Positions 47,890 to 49,349 of a stretch of 49,349 nt of DNA are shown here, in pieces. Under the pieces are notes generated by a model. It had not been told where the DNA came from, searched no databases, and was given only the letters and a program-made list of their open reading frames with translations. The position numbers were made by a program, and so were the translations under genes. Origin of the DNA: a virus. Lineage: Duplodnaviria > Caudoviricetes. Where the stretch lies: positions 1 to 49,349 of IMG/VR virus record IMGVR_UViG_3300032290_001111; one strand, written 5' to 3'. Position 1 is the first letter of the stretch; the number at the start of each line of letters is the position of its first letter.

Positions 47890-48344
47890 AGCCATCTGAG
47901 TGCGGCGTAGTTGATCGCGAGGTGCAGGGTGTTGTCGGCGGCGATAAGCAGCCACACAGCAAGAAACGGTGGTGTCTCGGATGGATATCCGGTCGCGCTG
48001 CAATTACTCCACATCCATCGCGGCGTGTCATAGTAGTGTTCCTTAACGACCGCATCGAACTCCGGAGATGGGGATTTTGGAACTGGCAGTATTCCGCGTT
48101 TGATCCAAAGCCCAAGCACGATATTCTTCCAATACACCACGAACCTAGCCAGACGCCAGCGGTCGATCGCAAAGTGCGTCAAGAAAATGACCGCACACGG
48201 CAGCGCTCCTCCGATAAGCAGGAACGGCAGTGAATAAGCCAGCGCGTGACAGAACGCCGCAAAACTGTTCCGCGCCTTGTTTTGGGCCATCCAGTCAGAT
48301 TGTGTGACGTAATCTCCAAAGAGGTGAAGTATGAGTTGTTCCAT
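47886..48344 (-). CDS. DUF3307-like membrane protein
   Basis: HLFGDYVTQSDWMA, HALAY, HFAIDR, DNTLH. Confidence 0.8.
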   Translation of the reverse strand: MEQLILHLFGDYVTQSDWMAQNKARNSFAAFCHALAYSLPFLLIGGALPCAVIFLTHFAIDRWRLARFVVYWKNIVLGLWIKRGILPVPKSPSPEFDAVVKEHYYDTPRWMWSNCSATGYPSETPPFLAVWLLIAADNTLHLAINYAALRWL

Positions 48345-48347
48345 AAA

Positions 48348-48956
48348 TCAAGCTGCGTATTCCCGCTGGGCGTCAGCGATGATTTGATTGATCGCCTTCT
48401 CCAGAGCATCAAAAGCCATCCTGGGGTTCGCCGGATTACATTCCGTGCATTTCGCCTGCGGGAGCCTCTTCAGTCGCCCGAGAACCAGGTCCCATCCGCG
48501 CTTGAACAATGCGTGCGCGTCCTGAAACGGGACGAGGAGATTGCGCTGCTGCTTCTCCTCTCTCAGCGCCCGCTCCGCGGAAAACCTCGCCTCGATCGCC
48601 TTCGAGTGGATTGAAAGCAGCGGGGCGATCATCGAGGGCTTCCCGTCCCTCATCGCGTCATCCAGCAGTCGCGATGCCTTGATCTGCGCCGCTACCGCCG
48701 CCATGACGGTCCCCTCAATCGTGACGTCCTCGGGCTTTTCCTTTGGCGGACGCCCCTTTCGCTTCGGAGTCTTCGGCTCGACCGGTGCCTCGCTTGCCTC
48801 CTGGGTCCGCCGCGATGCCGTCCTGCGCCTCGCGTTGGCCTCCCGCCACTCCGCGGCTTCCTCCGCACTTGTAAGCGGCATCCCGCGCTTCACCAACTTG
48901 TTGATCATGTTCCGGGAGAGCCCCCACTGACGAGCAAGTTCGCTTTGTTTAATCAT
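48348..48956 (-). CDS. terS: Terminase small subunit (Nu1-like)
   Basis: N-terminal HTH KQSELARQWGLSRNMINKLVKRGMP; upstream of terL. Confidence 0.75.
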   Translation of the reverse strand: MIKQSELARQWGLSRNMINKLVKRGMPLTSAEEAAEWREANARRRTASRRTQEASEAPVEPKTPKRKGRPPKEKPEDVTIEGTVMAAVAAQIKASRLLDDAMRDGKPSMIAPLLSIHSKAIEARFSAERALREEKQQRNLLVPFQDAHALFKRGWDLVLGRLKRLPQAKCTECNPANPRMAFDALEKAINQIIADAQREYAA

Positions 48957-48989
48957 TCTTGAGAAAAAGGGTTCGTCCAAGTGCATCGA

Positions 48990-48996
48990 TGTCAAC
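48990..48996 (-). promoter_or_regulatory. GTTGACA late-gene motif upstream of small terminase
   Basis: GTTGACATCG, as in the copy at 11024. Confidence 0.5.
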
Positions 48997-49136
48997 CATA
49001 ATTCCCCGTTTTAATGCACAAACCAGAGGTTGACTGGTTCCCAGAACACCTCAGGCCCAAAACAAATAGAGGATACCTACCCACCACGGCAAAAATAACC
49101 TTGCCTATTCACATATCGCGCCCACGATGCGATGTC

Positions 49137-49349
49137 ATGAACGAGGATGACACATTGAGGGACCGCTTTGAACGTGGCTATATTGCCTCTGGAGATAACG
49201 ACTGCTGGCCGTGGAGGCTTGGGTGCAACAGAGCGGGATACGGGCAGCTCACGTATCAAGGAAAGCATTATGCGGCGCATAGGGCTGCGTGGGTGCTGGC
49301 GAATGGCGAGATTGAGCCGAGAGGCGATGGCCGAAGGCTGTGTGTCTGC
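49137..49349 (+). CDS. HNH homing endonuclease, truncated by window edge
   Basis: DCWPW..GYGQL..AAHRAAWVLANGEI...LCVC. Confidence 0.8.
   Translation, partial: MNEDDTLRDRFERGYIASGDNDCWPWRLGCNRAGYGQLTYQGKHYAAHRAAWVLANGEIEPRGDGRRLCVC

Noticed and set aside
47890-48003. N-terminal extension of terL in the ORF track
   Set aside because: Overlaps the DUF3307-like gene; the GTGA-coupled start at 47889 is more plausible
1-49349. tRNA, rRNA, CRISPR array, integrase, repressor, reverse transcriptase/DGR, lysis genes
   Set aside because: None recognisable by eye in this window; a tool-based scan was not possible

Overview
A segment of a tailed dsDNA phage or prophage genome with a lambda-like head and packaging module; a PVC-type host (e.g. 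Verrucomicrobia) is an inference only. The left 14.5 kb (minus strand) is the head operon: gpW-like adaptor, lambda-family portal, about 9 kb of very large basic proteins, prohead protease with a nested scaffold, decoration protein and major capsid protein. 14.7-35 kb (plus strand) is a long, tightly coupled run of small early genes. It includes an HNH endonuclease, an M20/M28 peptidase, a Ycf46-like AAA ATPase with DUF1257/DUF2997-like partners and a DUF3150-like protein, and ends at a bidirectional terminator. 35-40 kb (minus) is replication: initiator with iterons, DnaB, KH protein, RuvC-like resolvase and HNH. 40.5-46 kb (plus) is recombination (SSB-like, RecT-like) followed by an integron-cassette-like array. 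46-49 kb (minus) holds the terminase genes. Four observations stand out. (1) The giant head-operon proteins look like polyproteins, with unrelated cargo modules separated by a repeated [FLM]SAR(E/D)xL-x(2-3)-[IV]xF/L linker that also occurs in the scaffold. (2) attC-like sites with perfectly matched R boxes form a cassette array with no integrase in the window. (3) A GTTGAC(A/G) motif lies usually 14-18 nt before late-gene start codons. (4) The AAA ATPase has Walker B before Walker A. Family names come from motif recognition, not database searches.
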